From: an uncultured virus (IMG/VR IMGVR_UViG_3300037091_000258)
Lineage: Duplodnaviria; Heunggongvirae; Uroviricota; Caudoviricetes
IMG/VR virus record: IMGVR_UViG_3300037091_000258
Reading direction: 5' to 3' (one strand)
DNA: 64,000 nucleotides
Numbering within the stretch: the stretch's first letter is position 1; every line of letters starts with the position of its first letter. Shown in pieces: positions 35,362 to 45,166 of the stretch. The position numbers and the translations under genes are program-made. The notes beneath the pieces were generated by a model that was not told the origin of the DNA, did not search any database, and saw only the letters and a program-made list of their open reading frames with translations.

Positions 35362-35997
35362 ATGGACACGCATGCAACTTATTCTAAGATTAAGCGCGAA
35401 ATAGATACACGGTTAGCTGAGTTTGCTCAATCAGCTAATAACGGTCAATCAATCTTAACCGAAGCAGTCTTCTGTCTATGTACTCCGCAATCAGATGCAC
35501 ACAAATGCTGGAATGCCGCCATAGAAGTAATGCGACTTTTTCGGTCGAACTATTTACCCTTAGATGTAGCGGAAAAAACTCTCAGGGAATATGGTGTCAG
35601 ATTTCACAAAACAAAAGCCATGAGAATACATAAGCTCTTCTTCGATGACGATAGTCTGGCAAAACTTTCACCGACTATTCTTGTGAGCATGTGTACGATC
35701 GTGGGCATCGCTAAGACTAGAGACTACTTGGCAGAGAGCATAAATGGCTGGGGTCTAAAAGAAGCTTCTCACTTCTTACGTAATATTGGGTTCAGCGATG
35801 ACGTTTGTATTCTTGACAGACATATACTACGTAATCTACTTCGTCTTAAAATAATCAACGAAATACCTAAGCTTAGTAAAAAGAAATATCACGAGATAGA
35901 ACAGAAGATGATTAAATACGCTCACAAGATTAAAGTACCCGTAGCTGCTCTGGACTTAGTTTTTTGGTATAATGCAAAAGAGGAGATCTTTAAATGA
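35362..35997 (+). CDS. ogg: 8-oxoguanine DNA glycosylase/AP lyase (OGG2 type)
   Basis: FCLCTPQS...GVRFHKTKA...G.GLKEASHFLRNIG...ILDRHILR...LDLVFWY. Confidence 0.9.
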   Translation: MDTHATYSKIKREIDTRLAEFAQSANNGQSILTEAVFCLCTPQSDAHKCWNAAIEVMRLFRSNYLPLDVAEKTLREYGVRFHKTKAMRIHKLFFDDDSLAKLSPTILVSMCTIVGIAKTRDYLAESINGWGLKEASHFLRNIGFSDDVCILDRHILRNLLRLKIINEIPKLSKKKYHEIEQKMIKYAHKIKVPVAALDLVFWYNAKEEIFK

Positions 35998-36012
35998 AGC
36001 TTAGAATAGGCC

Positions 36013-36522
36013 ATGACGAAAAACATGGTTATTGGGTTGAGCAAAAGTGGTGCTAACAATCCCATGTTTGGTAAGCCTTCGCCAAACGGCTCAGGTAATG
36101 GTTGGTCAGGCTGGTATAAAGGTTGGTTTTTTAGAAGTCTGAGAGAGTTATCATTTATGATAAACTTTATAGAAAAAAACGGTATGAAATGGGTGAGCGC
36201 TGAGTCCAAAAAATATGCCATTCAATATCAAGATTATAAACACAATAAGAGAAATTATTTTGCTGATTTTATGTTAAACGATGTTGAGTTAATTGAAGTA
36301 AAACCTTATAAGTTACTAAAATCAAAGATTATACAAATAAAATCAGAAGCTGCTAAAATTTGGTGTGCTGAGCGTAATTTCTCATACAGAATAATGACTG
36401 ATAAGGATTTCGAAGTTCTAACTGATAAAGAAGTTAATTTTTTAATAGAAAGCGGTAAAATAAAGTTTACAGATAGGTATATGGAGAAATATAATGCAAG
36501 ACTTGCAAAAATTCAAAAATAA
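36013..36522 (+). CDS. TnsA-like/PD-(D/E)xK homing endonuclease
   Basis: GANNPMFGK; FRSLRELSF...YFADF....LIEVKP...K.EAA..WC. Confidence 0.75.
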   Translation: MTKNMVIGLSKSGANNPMFGKPSPNGSGNGWSGWYKGWFFRSLRELSFMINFIEKNGMKWVSAESKKYAIQYQDYKHNKRNYFADFMLNDVELIEVKPYKLLKSKIIQIKSEAAKIWCAERNFSYRIMTDKDFEVLTDKEVNFLIESGKIKFTDRYMEKYNARLAKIQK

Positions 36523-37141
36523 ATTAATAGTTTTAGAGGGCCAAGACAATACTTCAAAAACGACAGTTGCTCAGCTTCTAGTTAATAGGCTTAACGACAA
36601 CAGTATACCAAGCATTTTCACATTCCAGCCCGGTGATTCTAATTATGGAATACTAGCACCGATCATGAGATCACTTTGTAAAGATAAGAGGTGGTGTTTA
36701 CATCCTCTATCAAACATGTACGCTTTTTACCTTGATCGTGTAGAGCAAATGGATAAAGTAATAATACCAGCCCTTAATGAAGGTAAGACTGTAGTATCAG
36801 ACCGGTGGTGGTACTCTACTTGGGCATATCAATACTCTGGTAAGCAGATCACAGAAACTTATAAAATGCCACAATCAGTAGCCGATTGGTTTAGCGTTAG
36901 CTCAGAGCTAGACCATACACCCGATATTGTGTATTATTTTCCTGAGAAGATCAAGAAACCAATGGGCGAACGGAAAAGCGACAGTGGTAAGAACGATCTA
37001 TTTGAAACAGCTGGCTCATCCTTTGAAGATCGTGTTCATGAAGCCTATGAGCAATTAGCCCAAAAACTAAACTTCAAACGTGTGTATCCGGCGGCTACTC
37101 CAGAAGCAACTTTAGAGAACCTAATCAATATAGGTTTTTAA
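36494..37141 (+). CDS. tmk: thymidylate (dTMP) kinase
   Basis: IVLEGQDNTSKTT P-loop; DRVEQ...IIPALNEGKTVVSDRWWYSTWAYQ. Confidence 0.9.
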   Translation: MQDLQKFKNKLIVLEGQDNTSKTTVAQLLVNRLNDNSIPSIFTFQPGDSNYGILAPIMRSLCKDKRWCLHPLSNMYAFYLDRVEQMDKVIIPALNEGKTVVSDRWWYSTWAYQYSGKQITETYKMPQSVADWFSVSSELDHTPDIVYYFPEKIKKPMGERKSDSGKNDLFETAGSSFEDRVHEAYEQLAQKLNFKRVYPAATPEATLENLINIGF

Positions 37142-37146
37142 CCGCT

Positions 37147-37156
37147 CAAGATAATT
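37147..37156 (+). promoter_or_regulatory. putative late promoter, leaderless
   Basis: CAAGATAATT; ATG at 37159. Confidence 0.65.
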
Positions 37157-37158
37157 CC

Positions 37159-37551
37159 ATGAAGCTCTTTGAAGCACTGGAACATAAGAAAATAGCATAT
37201 AAAGGCTCACGGCCAAATTATAAAATCCATGATGGACACCCTAATGTTTTAATCATAGACCCTGATTATTCGTATGATGGCCACGGTAAATCTATTCTTG
37301 GAATGAATCTAAACTATTTAGACCAACTAACCGAGAAACAAAAGAAACAGCTAATAGCCAAAGTCAACAAAATAGATGCTACAGTTATTAATATGGGTGC
37401 TATAAAAACATGGTTACGCACGTTATTTAACCGTGGTGACTATGACGGCTTAACTGTAGACAAGAAAATAGAACGCTATAGGAAAATGGTCAAGAATTTC
37501 CCAGAGTTAAAGAAAGTTATTAGGCGTTACAAATACTCGGCAATTGTATGA
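37159..37551 (+). CDS. T4 gp2-like DNA end-protector protein
   Basis: P.VLII...ILGMNLNYL...IRRYKYS.I pattern resembling the gp2 family. Confidence 0.6.
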   Translation: MKLFEALEHKKIAYKGSRPNYKIHDGHPNVLIIDPDYSYDGHGKSILGMNLNYLDQLTEKQKKQLIAKVNKIDATVINMGAIKTWLRTLFNRGDYDGLTVDKKIERYRKMVKNFPELKKVIRRYKYSAIV

Positions 37552-37785
37552 GAGTCAATAAAAACGACATTTTGTACTTTGACAGCAACAGTTATGAAAA
37601 ATGGATGCTTGGTGATTTAAGTGTATGGCATCATTATCGATAAAATATCATATAACGTAATTCCAAGATTAATTGATAACCCAACTCCTGGAGATATAGC
37701 TAGTGTAGTGAACAAGTACAAGCTAATCAAATTAATTAACGACAGGGATGACCTAAAGAGAAATTTTGTGAAGAGTATCTTATGA
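37548..37785 (+). pseudogene. frameshifted or split member of the 'IF-helix' family
   Basis: MRVNKNDILYF... stops at 37643; an overlapping frame from 37621 ends LKRNFVKSIL. Confidence 0.45.
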
Positions 37786-38003
37786 TCACGTTTGCACAAT
37801 CAGAATCGCATGATTATAAGAGATGGACAATTAATGAATCGATAGTCATTTTATATCTTACTTTTGAGGGCGAAAAAAGATTAGAGATACTTCAACGGAG
37901 TAGCTTCGCCGACTTGAGGGACTTACCCATTTATTACCAAAAAGATTTTAGAGATCTTATTTCGAGTATATTCAAAGCCGAGGCAATAGTTAAAAAGATA
38001 TGA
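37782..38003 (+). CDS. hypothetical protein, C-terminal 'IF-helix' family
   Basis: FRDLISSIFK. Confidence 0.6.
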   Translation: MITFAQSESHDYKRWTINESIVILYLTFEGEKRLEILQRSSFADLRDLPIYYQKDFRDLISSIFKAEAIVKKI

Positions 38004-38248
38004 TGTGGCGACAGTACAAAGATTTATCTCTCTATTATCTTATAGTTAAACCTCAATGGGCTTTCATAGTGGATATGCCACAAGTCCATATTAGTTTTGA
38101 TGGTTGGAGTGAAGGTGGCTGGGAAGATCTCCTCACTAAAACTGAACCGATCAAGAAAATAGATCCACCTCAAAGTTGGACTCTTAGCGACTTAGGTAAA
38201 TTTGTGATAATGTCAATCTTCGGGGAAAAGGAATTCATACATGAATGA
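38000..38248 (+). CDS. hypothetical protein, C-terminal 'IF-helix' family
   Basis: GKFVIMSIFG. Confidence 0.6.
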   Translation: MMWRQYKDLSLYYLIVKPQWAFIVDMPQVHISFDGWSEGGWEDLLTKTEPIKKIDPPQSWTLSDLGKFVIMSIFGEKEFIHE

Positions 38249-39257
38249 AGGATTAGATTTTATAAAGGGTAGCGGCATCAAAGTAAAAGACGATGCAAAA
38301 GCGAAAGAAGAATTGAATAGTTGGTACGGCGTCGATGAATCTATTCTCGATGTAGAGAAGAAAGAACTAAACCCTGAAATATGGAAGGATAAGAAACTCA
38401 AAAAAGATATCGTTGAACAGCTGATGACCATAATTAGAAAGATCTTGAAGGATAGTAACATAGAAGAAGATAGGTTAACAGCAGCTTTTCTTGAAGGTTC
38501 AAACTTAACATACTACTACACCAAATATTCTGACATAGACGCCCACATGTATATTGACGACATTAAAGACGAAGAGAAGGAAATCATAGACTCAAAGATT
38601 TACGACTTCAATAAAGAGACTGTTTTCGTAAAGGGTACAAAAAACAATATCGAACTTTATCTAATGGATGCGACTCAGAAGAAGAGAACTAATGGCCCAC
38701 GCTATGACTTGATAGAAGACGAATGGGTAAAACCTCCAAACCGAATTAAGATGCCTGCCGAAATGTATAAAGCTGCAGTTGAGATATCTATGACGTTTGC
38801 TAGAGATCTAGATTTAGCATTCGGCGAAATAAAACGAGATATCATAGAGTATATGGTTCTAACTAAAGAACTCGAAGACGTTCTCAACATCGACATAAAA
38901 GAACTCGAAGATACTAGAAAAATGAAAGTAGAAGGACTCAAGGCTGATCTTGAGGCTTTAATCATAAAAGAAGAAAACATAAAAGCTATGAGACGTAAGG
39001 CCTTTATGGAAGACTACATTCCTAAGGATGAAACATTATACCACATTCCAATAGGCGAAGGTGATAGATCTTACACACTACTCAACATGATATTTAAGAT
39101 CCTACAAAGATTCGGTTACGTAGATTCTTTAAAAAAACTAAAGTACGACGTCTATAACAAGGCTATCGAGAACAAAGACTTTGACGGTAATATAGACTTT
39201 TACATTAAACGTATTATAGAAGTATTGAAGATTTTTAACAAATTAGATGAAACTTGA
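38241..39257 (+). CDS. pol-beta superfamily nucleotidyltransferase
   Basis: LNPEIW...FLEGSNLTYYYTKYSDIDAH...IELY...YDLIEDEWVKPP. Confidence 0.8.
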   Translation: MNEGLDFIKGSGIKVKDDAKAKEELNSWYGVDESILDVEKKELNPEIWKDKKLKKDIVEQLMTIIRKILKDSNIEEDRLTAAFLEGSNLTYYYTKYSDIDAHMYIDDIKDEEKEIIDSKIYDFNKETVFVKGTKNNIELYLMDATQKKRTNGPRYDLIEDEWVKPPNRIKMPAEMYKAAVEISMTFARDLDLAFGEIKRDIIEYMVLTKELEDVLNIDIKELEDTRKMKVEGLKADLEALIIKEENIKAMRRKAFMEDYIPKDETLYHIPIGEGDRSYTLLNMIFKILQRFGYVDSLKKLKYDVYNKAIENKDFDGNIDFYIKRIIEVLKIFNKLDET

Positions 39258-39516
39258 ACCTCCATATAAACAATACGAGGGAATGTGGCTAAGCGGCACA
39301 AGTAATTCCCCGTTCTATTTTGTGGCTAAATTTCTTCATAGCGAAATACCAAAGGGCTATACTATGCCCGTAATAGAATTTTTAGTTGTATCAAAAGGAG
39401 ATGGAGCCAGTCATTTGAGCTGGTTTCCTGAACCATCAGAGATATACAAATTTGAAAGTGAAGAAAAACATCGTGCCGTTATAAGAAACGTATTCGAAAA
39501 GAAGAACGAAAACTAA
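39247..39516 (+). CDS. hypothetical protein, C-terminal 'IF-helix' family
   Basis: HRAVIRNVFE. Confidence 0.6.
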   Translation: MKLEPPYKQYEGMWLSGTSNSPFYFVAKFLHSEIPKGYTMPVIEFLVVSKGDGASHLSWFPEPSEIYKFESEEKHRAVIRNVFEKKNEN

Positions 39517-39755
39517 TGTACTTCCAACTCAAAAACTTCATTTTTAATGTGACTGCTAGCAGTCAGCGATACCCGCGCCGATGTATCGGCATAAACGTTG
39601 TTAAACGTAAAGATGAAGCGTGGTTGTACCTTAAGGCGATATGGGGCCAAGGAAATTTTATAGAACATGCCATACCTAAAACAACTTTAGACGAATGGGA
39701 ATCTTGGGTACCAAGAGTAGTCGTAAAGAGTTTATTTAAATACAAGACAAGCTAA
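39516..39755 (+). CDS. hypothetical protein, C-terminal 'IF-helix' family
   Basis: PRVVVKSLFK. Confidence 0.6.
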   Translation: MYFQLKNFIFNVTASSQRYPRRCIGINVVKRKDEAWLYLKAIWGQGNFIEHAIPKTTLDEWESWVPRVVVKSLFKYKTS

Positions 39756-39760
39756 CTAAT

Positions 39761-40174
39761 ATGAACCTATACAAACTAATGAAGACTAATCTTTTCGAAC
39801 AAGACGAGTTCGAAAAGGCAGAACTTACTACATATAACGAAGATGACATTAAGGATGCTCTTTCTGCTGAAAGGCCAGAAATTGAACTCAAAAGAGTTTT
39901 CGGGATGAGTTTCTGGCCCAAGGTTGAAAGGTATCTACAAAATGAGCTCAAAGTCGTCAAGCTAGACAAAGAAGATAAGAACGTAATAGGCGGCGAACTT
40001 AAAGCTAGGTTGAGCATCTTCTTAGAAAGAGATACACCTCGATTTGAAGAAAACCTAAAAGCTATGACTAGAGGTATAGTAAATTCTTATAAAAAATGGA
40101 GTGAAATGCAAAATAAGAGCATGGATCTACCAGATGATAATGTAATGAAAGGGGGCCAATATGGCAGAGAATAA
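39761..40174 (+). CDS. putative internal head protein
   Basis: CAAGCTAACT motif upstream; MNLYKLMKTNLFEQ start. Confidence 0.6.
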   Translation: MNLYKLMKTNLFEQDEFEKAELTTYNEDDIKDALSAERPEIELKRVFGMSFWPKVERYLQNELKVVKLDKEDKNVIGGELKARLSIFLERDTPRFEENLKAMTRGIVNSYKKWSEMQNKSMDLPDDNVMKGGQYGRE

Positions 40175-40310
40175 AGACAAAGATTTGGATCAAATGGCAA
40201 AGCAATTTGAAAAAGTCACGGGTATGAAAGTAATTCAGTCGCCTATCCCACCAGATGGGAAAACCACATACGCCAAAGATGATCCGCAATACAAAGGAAA
40301 GCAATAACAC

Positions 40311-41180
40311 ATGGATGTAGCCGCTATCATAACGCTATTATCAGCACTTATTGGTGCTATTGGGTTATGGAATATAGTTCTGATAGCCATCATAATACTC
40401 ACAGTATTTAATGCGCCTACTATTATAAATCAAATACTAAGAACACGAGAACGTAGGTTAGACAAAAAGACAAAAAGCATGACAACGGAAGAAAATATTC
40501 TAACAATCCTATTGGATAGACTAGAAAAATTACAAAATACAGCTGAATCTAATAATGACGCAATAATAACTAACAAAGTCAAATTAGATGAGCAACACGA
40601 AATAACTAAACTACACTTAGATGAACAGCACGAGGAAAGTGTAGCAATGGGTGTCGTGCTGAGTAAAATTTTAAATGCCATAGCATCTATAGATAGTGCA
40701 ATGCGCCACGTTATTAGTGGCAGAGATGCGGTAGCGTTAGTAAGTATAAAATTAGGCGTAGTTGAAAACCTTAAAAACAACATCTTGAGGCAAATAGCAT
40801 GGACCATTGAATCTAACCCTGGACGACGAAATGGACAACTAAAGGCCGATTTAAGAAATGACCTAGATAATATATGGGTTGATTTTAAAAACGAATTCAA
40901 AGAATTTAAGATGCCTGTAGATATAAAAGAATTGATGAACTCTTTCGATAATGATCTGTGGTCTGAGAGTGGCATGTTTACTTTAATAATAGATCTTGCA
41001 ACTTCAGAACTCACTGGTGATAGGCGAAATGAGGCTATCTCTAGATTAATTGATTTAGAGACTAGAAAAATTCAGGCCAAAATAAGTACTTATTTAGAAC
41101 AACTAGATAAGGATTGGAGTGGACAATATGGAATCTACAATTGGAAAGACGGCGACCAAAATGAGCGAAAGTATGACTAA
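40311..41180 (+). CDS. membrane-anchored coiled-coil protein
   Basis: N-terminal hydrophobic segments, then a helical body. Confidence 0.7.
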   Translation: MDVAAIITLLSALIGAIGLWNIVLIAIIILTVFNAPTIINQILRTRERRLDKKTKSMTTEENILTILLDRLEKLQNTAESNNDAIITNKVKLDEQHEITKLHLDEQHEESVAMGVVLSKILNAIASIDSAMRHVISGRDAVALVSIKLGVVENLKNNILRQIAWTIESNPGRRNGQLKADLRNDLDNIWVDFKNEFKEFKMPVDIKELMNSFDNDLWSESGMFTLIIDLATSELTGDRRNEAISRLIDLETRKIQAKISTYLEQLDKDWSGQYGIYNWKDGDQNERKYD

Positions 41181-41328
41181 TGAAAAAATGGATCATTCTA
41201 GCCTAATTAGAAAGCTTGATCTTTTAGGTAAATTCGCTGATGATTTGGCTCGCCGAATTAAATCAGAAAAAACTAAACAATTTCGCATAGATAGTTAATA
41301 ATATATCCCAATTTAAAAAGGAGCTCAT

Positions 41329-41763
41329 ATGAAAGTTGAACTTACAATAGCGGAAAGAATACTGCTTAGTCGAGTAATCAATATCGTAATCGATCACGCA
41401 ACTCTAAAGGAACATATTTTACTTGAGCAGATATATGATCTTCTGAAATTAGAAGATGTTAAGTATCCTCAGGTAACAGATTTTATAAAGCCTGAAGAGG
41501 TTGAGCTATTTAATACATACAATGGCAAAAAGATTGATGAAATTGAAAATGAAGAGCATAGAAAAGTAATCAGCGAAGCAATGCAAAGACAGAGGATCGA
41601 GGAAGCAAGGATATGGTCAAATAGGGATGAAAATCTCTACGCGACTGTTATCTCGCAAGATCAGCTTGATTTAATCAAGAGATTCTTCGAGCAGGATAAG
41701 AGAGAGTATGACCGCAACACGCACTTAGCTATTGTTTCCTTGCACAAGAAGCTATTTAATTAA
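41329..41763 (+). CDS. hypothetical protein
   Basis: AAGGAG RBS. Confidence 0.7.
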   Translation: MKVELTIAERILLSRVINIVIDHATLKEHILLEQIYDLLKLEDVKYPQVTDFIKPEEVELFNTYNGKKIDEIENEEHRKVISEAMQRQRIEEARIWSNRDENLYATVISQDQLDLIKRFFEQDKREYDRNTHLAIVSLHKKLFN

Positions 41764-41864
41764 AAAGTAACAAATCCTATTTTTGAAGGTGGTGGTTTAT
41801 CTTTGAGGTTGATAAATTTAAATTCTTGAGGGAGTTAGGTCAATCTCTCTTTCACAACTTACCT

Positions 41865-41897
41865 AGCTGAAAGCTTCTATTAGCTTTCAGCTTTTTT
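41865..41897 (+). terminator. intrinsic terminator
   Basis: AGCTGAAAGCT-N6-AGCTTTCAGCT-TTTTT. Confidence 0.85.
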
Positions 41898-41908
41898 GTG
41901 TGTGACAA

Positions 41909-41918
41909 CAAGATAATT
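41909..41918 (+). promoter_or_regulatory. putative late promoter
   Basis: CAAGATAATT directly after a terminator and before a GAGG RBS. Confidence 0.7.
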
Positions 41919-41931
41919 CTGAGGTGTATTT

Positions 41932-42261
41932 ATGAGACTATCGACCGAAGGTAAAATTCCAGAAGCAGAGTACACAAAGACTAATTCGATCTATTCTTCA
42001 ATGCGTCTTGTATTTATTAAAGTAGTAAAATTTTGGATTGTGCTTTCCACTATTATAGTTATATCAATTGTAGGTTGTGCGATAGCAAGCGTATTCACAC
42101 CAAAACCCATAGAATTACCTGTGACTGCTTTACTCGGCGTAATTGGGACTATCGGCGTAGTTGCATTTGGCGGTAAGGCAGCTCAATCATTTTCTGAACC
42201 CGATGCGCTTGAAATAGATACCATGAAAGTTGATGGAACAAAAAAAGAGGGAAGTAGTTAA
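41932..42261 (+). CDS. two-TM membrane protein, holin-like
   Basis: SSMRL, two TM helices, AFGGKAAQSFSE tail. Confidence 0.55.
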   Translation: MRLSTEGKIPEAEYTKTNSIYSSMRLVFIKVVKFWIVLSTIIVISIVGCAIASVFTPKPIELPVTALLGVIGTIGVVAFGGKAAQSFSEPDALEIDTMKVDGTKKEGSS

Positions 42262-42575
42262 TGGCCCAAGAAGAACTTTGCAATCCGCTTACACAGAAAG
42301 ATCTATTAGACAATGATATAGTCTACCCAGCTGAATTACCTAAAGTAGCTGATGATATTCCCGCAAACGTATCTATTGGCGACGTAAAGGTTGATGGACC
42401 AATAGCTCCAGACGTAGTGATACTTGATCCCAAGTTGAGAAACATTTTACCAGATAAGGTTCCACTTAATACTAAATCACGAGCGCCATTACCTTCAGCG
42501 CCAGTAATAGGTAAGAGACATTTGAGTATTGTAGACTTCGGACCTCATCCTAATAAGGTCAACAATTACATATAA
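42261..42575 (+). CDS. hypothetical Pro-rich protein
   Basis: 104 aa; TAATG coupling. Confidence 0.6.
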   Translation: MAQEELCNPLTQKDLLDNDIVYPAELPKVADDIPANVSIGDVKVDGPIAPDVVILDPKLRNILPDKVPLNTKSRAPLPSAPVIGKRHLSIVDFGPHPNKVNNYI

Positions 42576-42586
42576 AGAGGTTTTAG

Positions 42587-43102
42587 ATGAAAAAGTTAAA
42601 TAAAGTTCTTGAAAATATATTGATGGAACAGCCTGAAGGAATTATACCCAGCATTCCAGAACTTGGTACTGGTTATGATATAGCAGTAGATTCTGAAACG
42701 AACATGCGCAAAGATGTATTAAGTCCAGCATACACGTATCATCCTAATATGGATTCTGATACTGAACCCGCCGATAAAATATTAATTCAGATCATAGATT
42801 ATTTTATGAGAGGTGAATTCAGCAAAGCTAATATGCTTATTAAGAGTTGCCGAGATTTGAGAAACGGCACGTTCTTCTCTTGGTATCAAATGAATCAATT
42901 AATAGACTGGGTCAGAAATGTACACAAGTACACTAATATGGGTAGCCCCAACGACTTAAGCAGAAACTATTATCAATATCAATGTGATAAAGACAAAGAG
43001 ATATTGGGTGTTTCAGATTTAACTAAAGTACCAGTCGGAGAGGTTATGGTTGATAAATTTGTAAAAGATGTAGAAAACGTTTTGAGAAGGAATACAGATT
43101 AA
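42587..43102 (+). CDS. putative internal head protein
   Basis: MKKLNKVLENILMEQ propeptide-like start. Confidence 0.6.
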   Translation: MKKLNKVLENILMEQPEGIIPSIPELGTGYDIAVDSETNMRKDVLSPAYTYHPNMDSDTEPADKILIQIIDYFMRGEFSKANMLIKSCRDLRNGTFFSWYQMNQLIDWVRNVHKYTNMGSPNDLSRNYYQYQCDKDKEILGVSDLTKVPVGEVMVDKFVKDVENVLRRNTD

Positions 43103-43124
43103 TAATATTTCATAGGGAGATAAT

Positions 43125-43643
43125 ATGAAGGAATATATTTTAAGTGATGCGTCAAGAGAGGAGTTTGAACCAGAAGAAAAAGTACAGGCACCTGAACCTT
43201 TTCATCTAATAATATCACATGAGCTTTATGCTGCTATTCGCAACAATCAGGGTTTAGCCCATGCGAATAATAATCTCATCGACAAAGATTTTGCCCAAGA
43301 GTTTGAACAATTTAAAAACTCATTCAAGACTTTTTTAGATTTGCTTAACAAGAAAGACAATTCAGCATTTTCAGTTTTGTCTAACATAATGAATATGTGG
43401 GGGTATGGCCGACGATATTGTGGACAATGTGGTAAACCAATAATAGGTAAATCAGGTCACATTGAAAACAGATTAGTATGTAATAGTTGCAATGAATCCT
43501 ATCGAATTACAAACGAACTTTACAAACGAGATACCAGTCCATACCGTGCTGCAAAAAAGAAATTTGACTATAATAAAACCCAGCCGGCAAAAACTACTAA
43601 TAAGTCCGAAAACGCCGCACCGACAGCGAAGAACAACGCATAG
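43125..43643 (+). CDS. zinc-finger-containing protein
   Basis: CGQCGKPI...VCNSC. Confidence 0.65.
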   Translation: MKEYILSDASREEFEPEEKVQAPEPFHLIISHELYAAIRNNQGLAHANNNLIDKDFAQEFEQFKNSFKTFLDLLNKKDNSAFSVLSNIMNMWGYGRRYCGQCGKPIIGKSGHIENRLVCNSCNESYRITNELYKRDTSPYRAAKKKFDYNKTQPAKTTNKSENAAPTAKNNA

Positions 43644-43687
43644 ATATAGATGTCTCTGTTAATTATTAATAATGTGGAGGTTTGCCA

Positions 43688-44359
43688 GTGGACAGTAAAC
43701 AAAGACTCGACGAGCTTATAACTCAAACTCTTTATGAACAAGATCCTGAAGAAGAGGAAGATGATACTGACACGTCTGACAAGGACGCTAAAAATAAAGA
43801 AAAAGATAAAGATGTAGATAAGAAAGAATTAAGTAGTGTGGATAAGAAAGACTTAGATGACGAAGAAGGTAATGAGACTGATGACGATGAAGAAATAGTA
43901 GCTGCTATAAAATTTGACGATAATAAAGAAGAAGGTGGCCAGATAAGGTTATTGAACGCCGAAAAACTTAGCTCAATGACTTCTATTGAAAATATTCTAA
44001 AGTTATTCAAAATAGACCCAGAAAACGTACCACAAGGATTTAAAGACAAAATGGAAATCACAATCAATTCTCCGTTGAGTGATTTCAAAGACGATGAATA
44101 TAAAATACTACTGATGGACAAGATCGGACAAATATCAATTAAGCGCCCAGACTTTAAAACAACAATCACTAAAAAATCAAAAGGCAATCTAGGACAAGAA
44201 GTACAAAACCAAATAGGTGGCGGTGAAGAAGTTCCAGGGGCGGAAGGCGCAGAAGAAAAACCGGCTGAAGAAGTAGATCTTAGTTATCTACCTGAGCTGG
44301 ACACAGAATTCGCTAGAGCTGTAAAGGCTGAATTCTTTGATAGAATCCTCCAGCGATAA
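43688..44359 (+). CDS. acidic putative internal head/core protein
   Basis: LDELITQTLYEQ followed by a D/E-rich tract; GGAGG RBS. Confidence 0.6.
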   Translation: MDSKQRLDELITQTLYEQDPEEEEDDTDTSDKDAKNKEKDKDVDKKELSSVDKKDLDDEEGNETDDDEEIVAAIKFDDNKEEGGQIRLLNAEKLSSMTSIENILKLFKIDPENVPQGFKDKMEITINSPLSDFKDDEYKILLMDKIGQISIKRPDFKTTITKKSKGNLGQEVQNQIGGGEEVPGAEGAEEKPAEEVDLSYLPELDTEFARAVKAEFFDRILQR

Positions 44360-45140
44360 TGAAATAACGCCTGTCCCTAAGAACTATTACTTCATAGAAT
44401 CACAGATTTCACCACTTATATTAGACTGGCAAAAATTTTACAGAAAACAAAAAGACGTTGAAGAATATATCAAAAATGAGAAAAGTACAGACCCAGAAGT
44501 TGGGTATTACGAACTAACCATCAAACAAAGAGGCGACTTGCAATTCGAGTTGCAAGAATCGATTAGATTAGCCAAGCCGTTGTTAGAAACAATAATGACG
44601 GAGACTTACAAAATAATAAAAGGCGTCATCTTTAGAGCTGAGTTTCATAAGAGAGAAAAGTATAATATATGTTTTCAAATAGCTGTTGAGGCCTGCATTA
44701 AAGCCTTACCAAGATTTGATCCAGCACAAGGTACTGCATTTAATTACCTATCGCTAACTGCAAAAAAATCAATCATATACTATCTCATAAAAAGGGCAAA
44801 GAAAAAGCATTTGTCGTTGGACTACGAGTATCTAGACGATGACAATTTGAAGCTAGAAAACATATTGAAACAAGATGAAAAGTCTATCCGCAATTTAGAA
44901 ATAGAAAACTTGAGCGATTCAATATTCAATTTAATAGAAGAGAAAAGCGAATTTAGAGGCTTAGCTGGCGTCAATAAGGAATTACGAAATTTCTTATTTT
45001 ATACTCGTGGTAAATATGAAAAGAAAGAATTCTTTAAATGGTGTAGGTCGCAGGGCTATTCTTCTAACTTACTAAGGAAGTTTATTAAATTCTTGAAGGA
45101 GAACAAGGGCGAACTTTACAAAGAAGTTGGTGTGTATTGA
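44337..45140 (+). CDS. phage RNA polymerase sigma factor (region-2 type, gp55-like)
   Basis: NYYF; Q.AVEACIKALPRFDPAQGTAFNYLSLTAKKSIIYYLIK. Confidence 0.75.
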   Translation: MIESSSDNEITPVPKNYYFIESQISPLILDWQKFYRKQKDVEEYIKNEKSTDPEVGYYELTIKQRGDLQFELQESIRLAKPLLETIMTETYKIIKGVIFRAEFHKREKYNICFQIAVEACIKALPRFDPAQGTAFNYLSLTAKKSIIYYLIKRAKKKHLSLDYEYLDDDNLKLENILKQDEKSIRNLEIENLSDSIFNLIEEKSEFRGLAGVNKELRNFLFYTRGKYEKKEFFKWCRSQGYSSNLLRKFIKFLKENKGELYKEVGVY

Positions 45141-45150
45141 TAAGATAATC
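45141..45150 (+). promoter_or_regulatory. putative late promoter
   Basis: TAAGATAATC before a GAGGG RBS. Confidence 0.6.
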
Positions 45151-45166
45151 AAAAGAGGGATTTGTA

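Noticed and set aside
41285..41293. GCATAGATA as a CATA-class promoter (also 43638)
   Set aside because: It lies in the end of a coding frame or includes the stop codon, and has no ATG at the characteristic distance.
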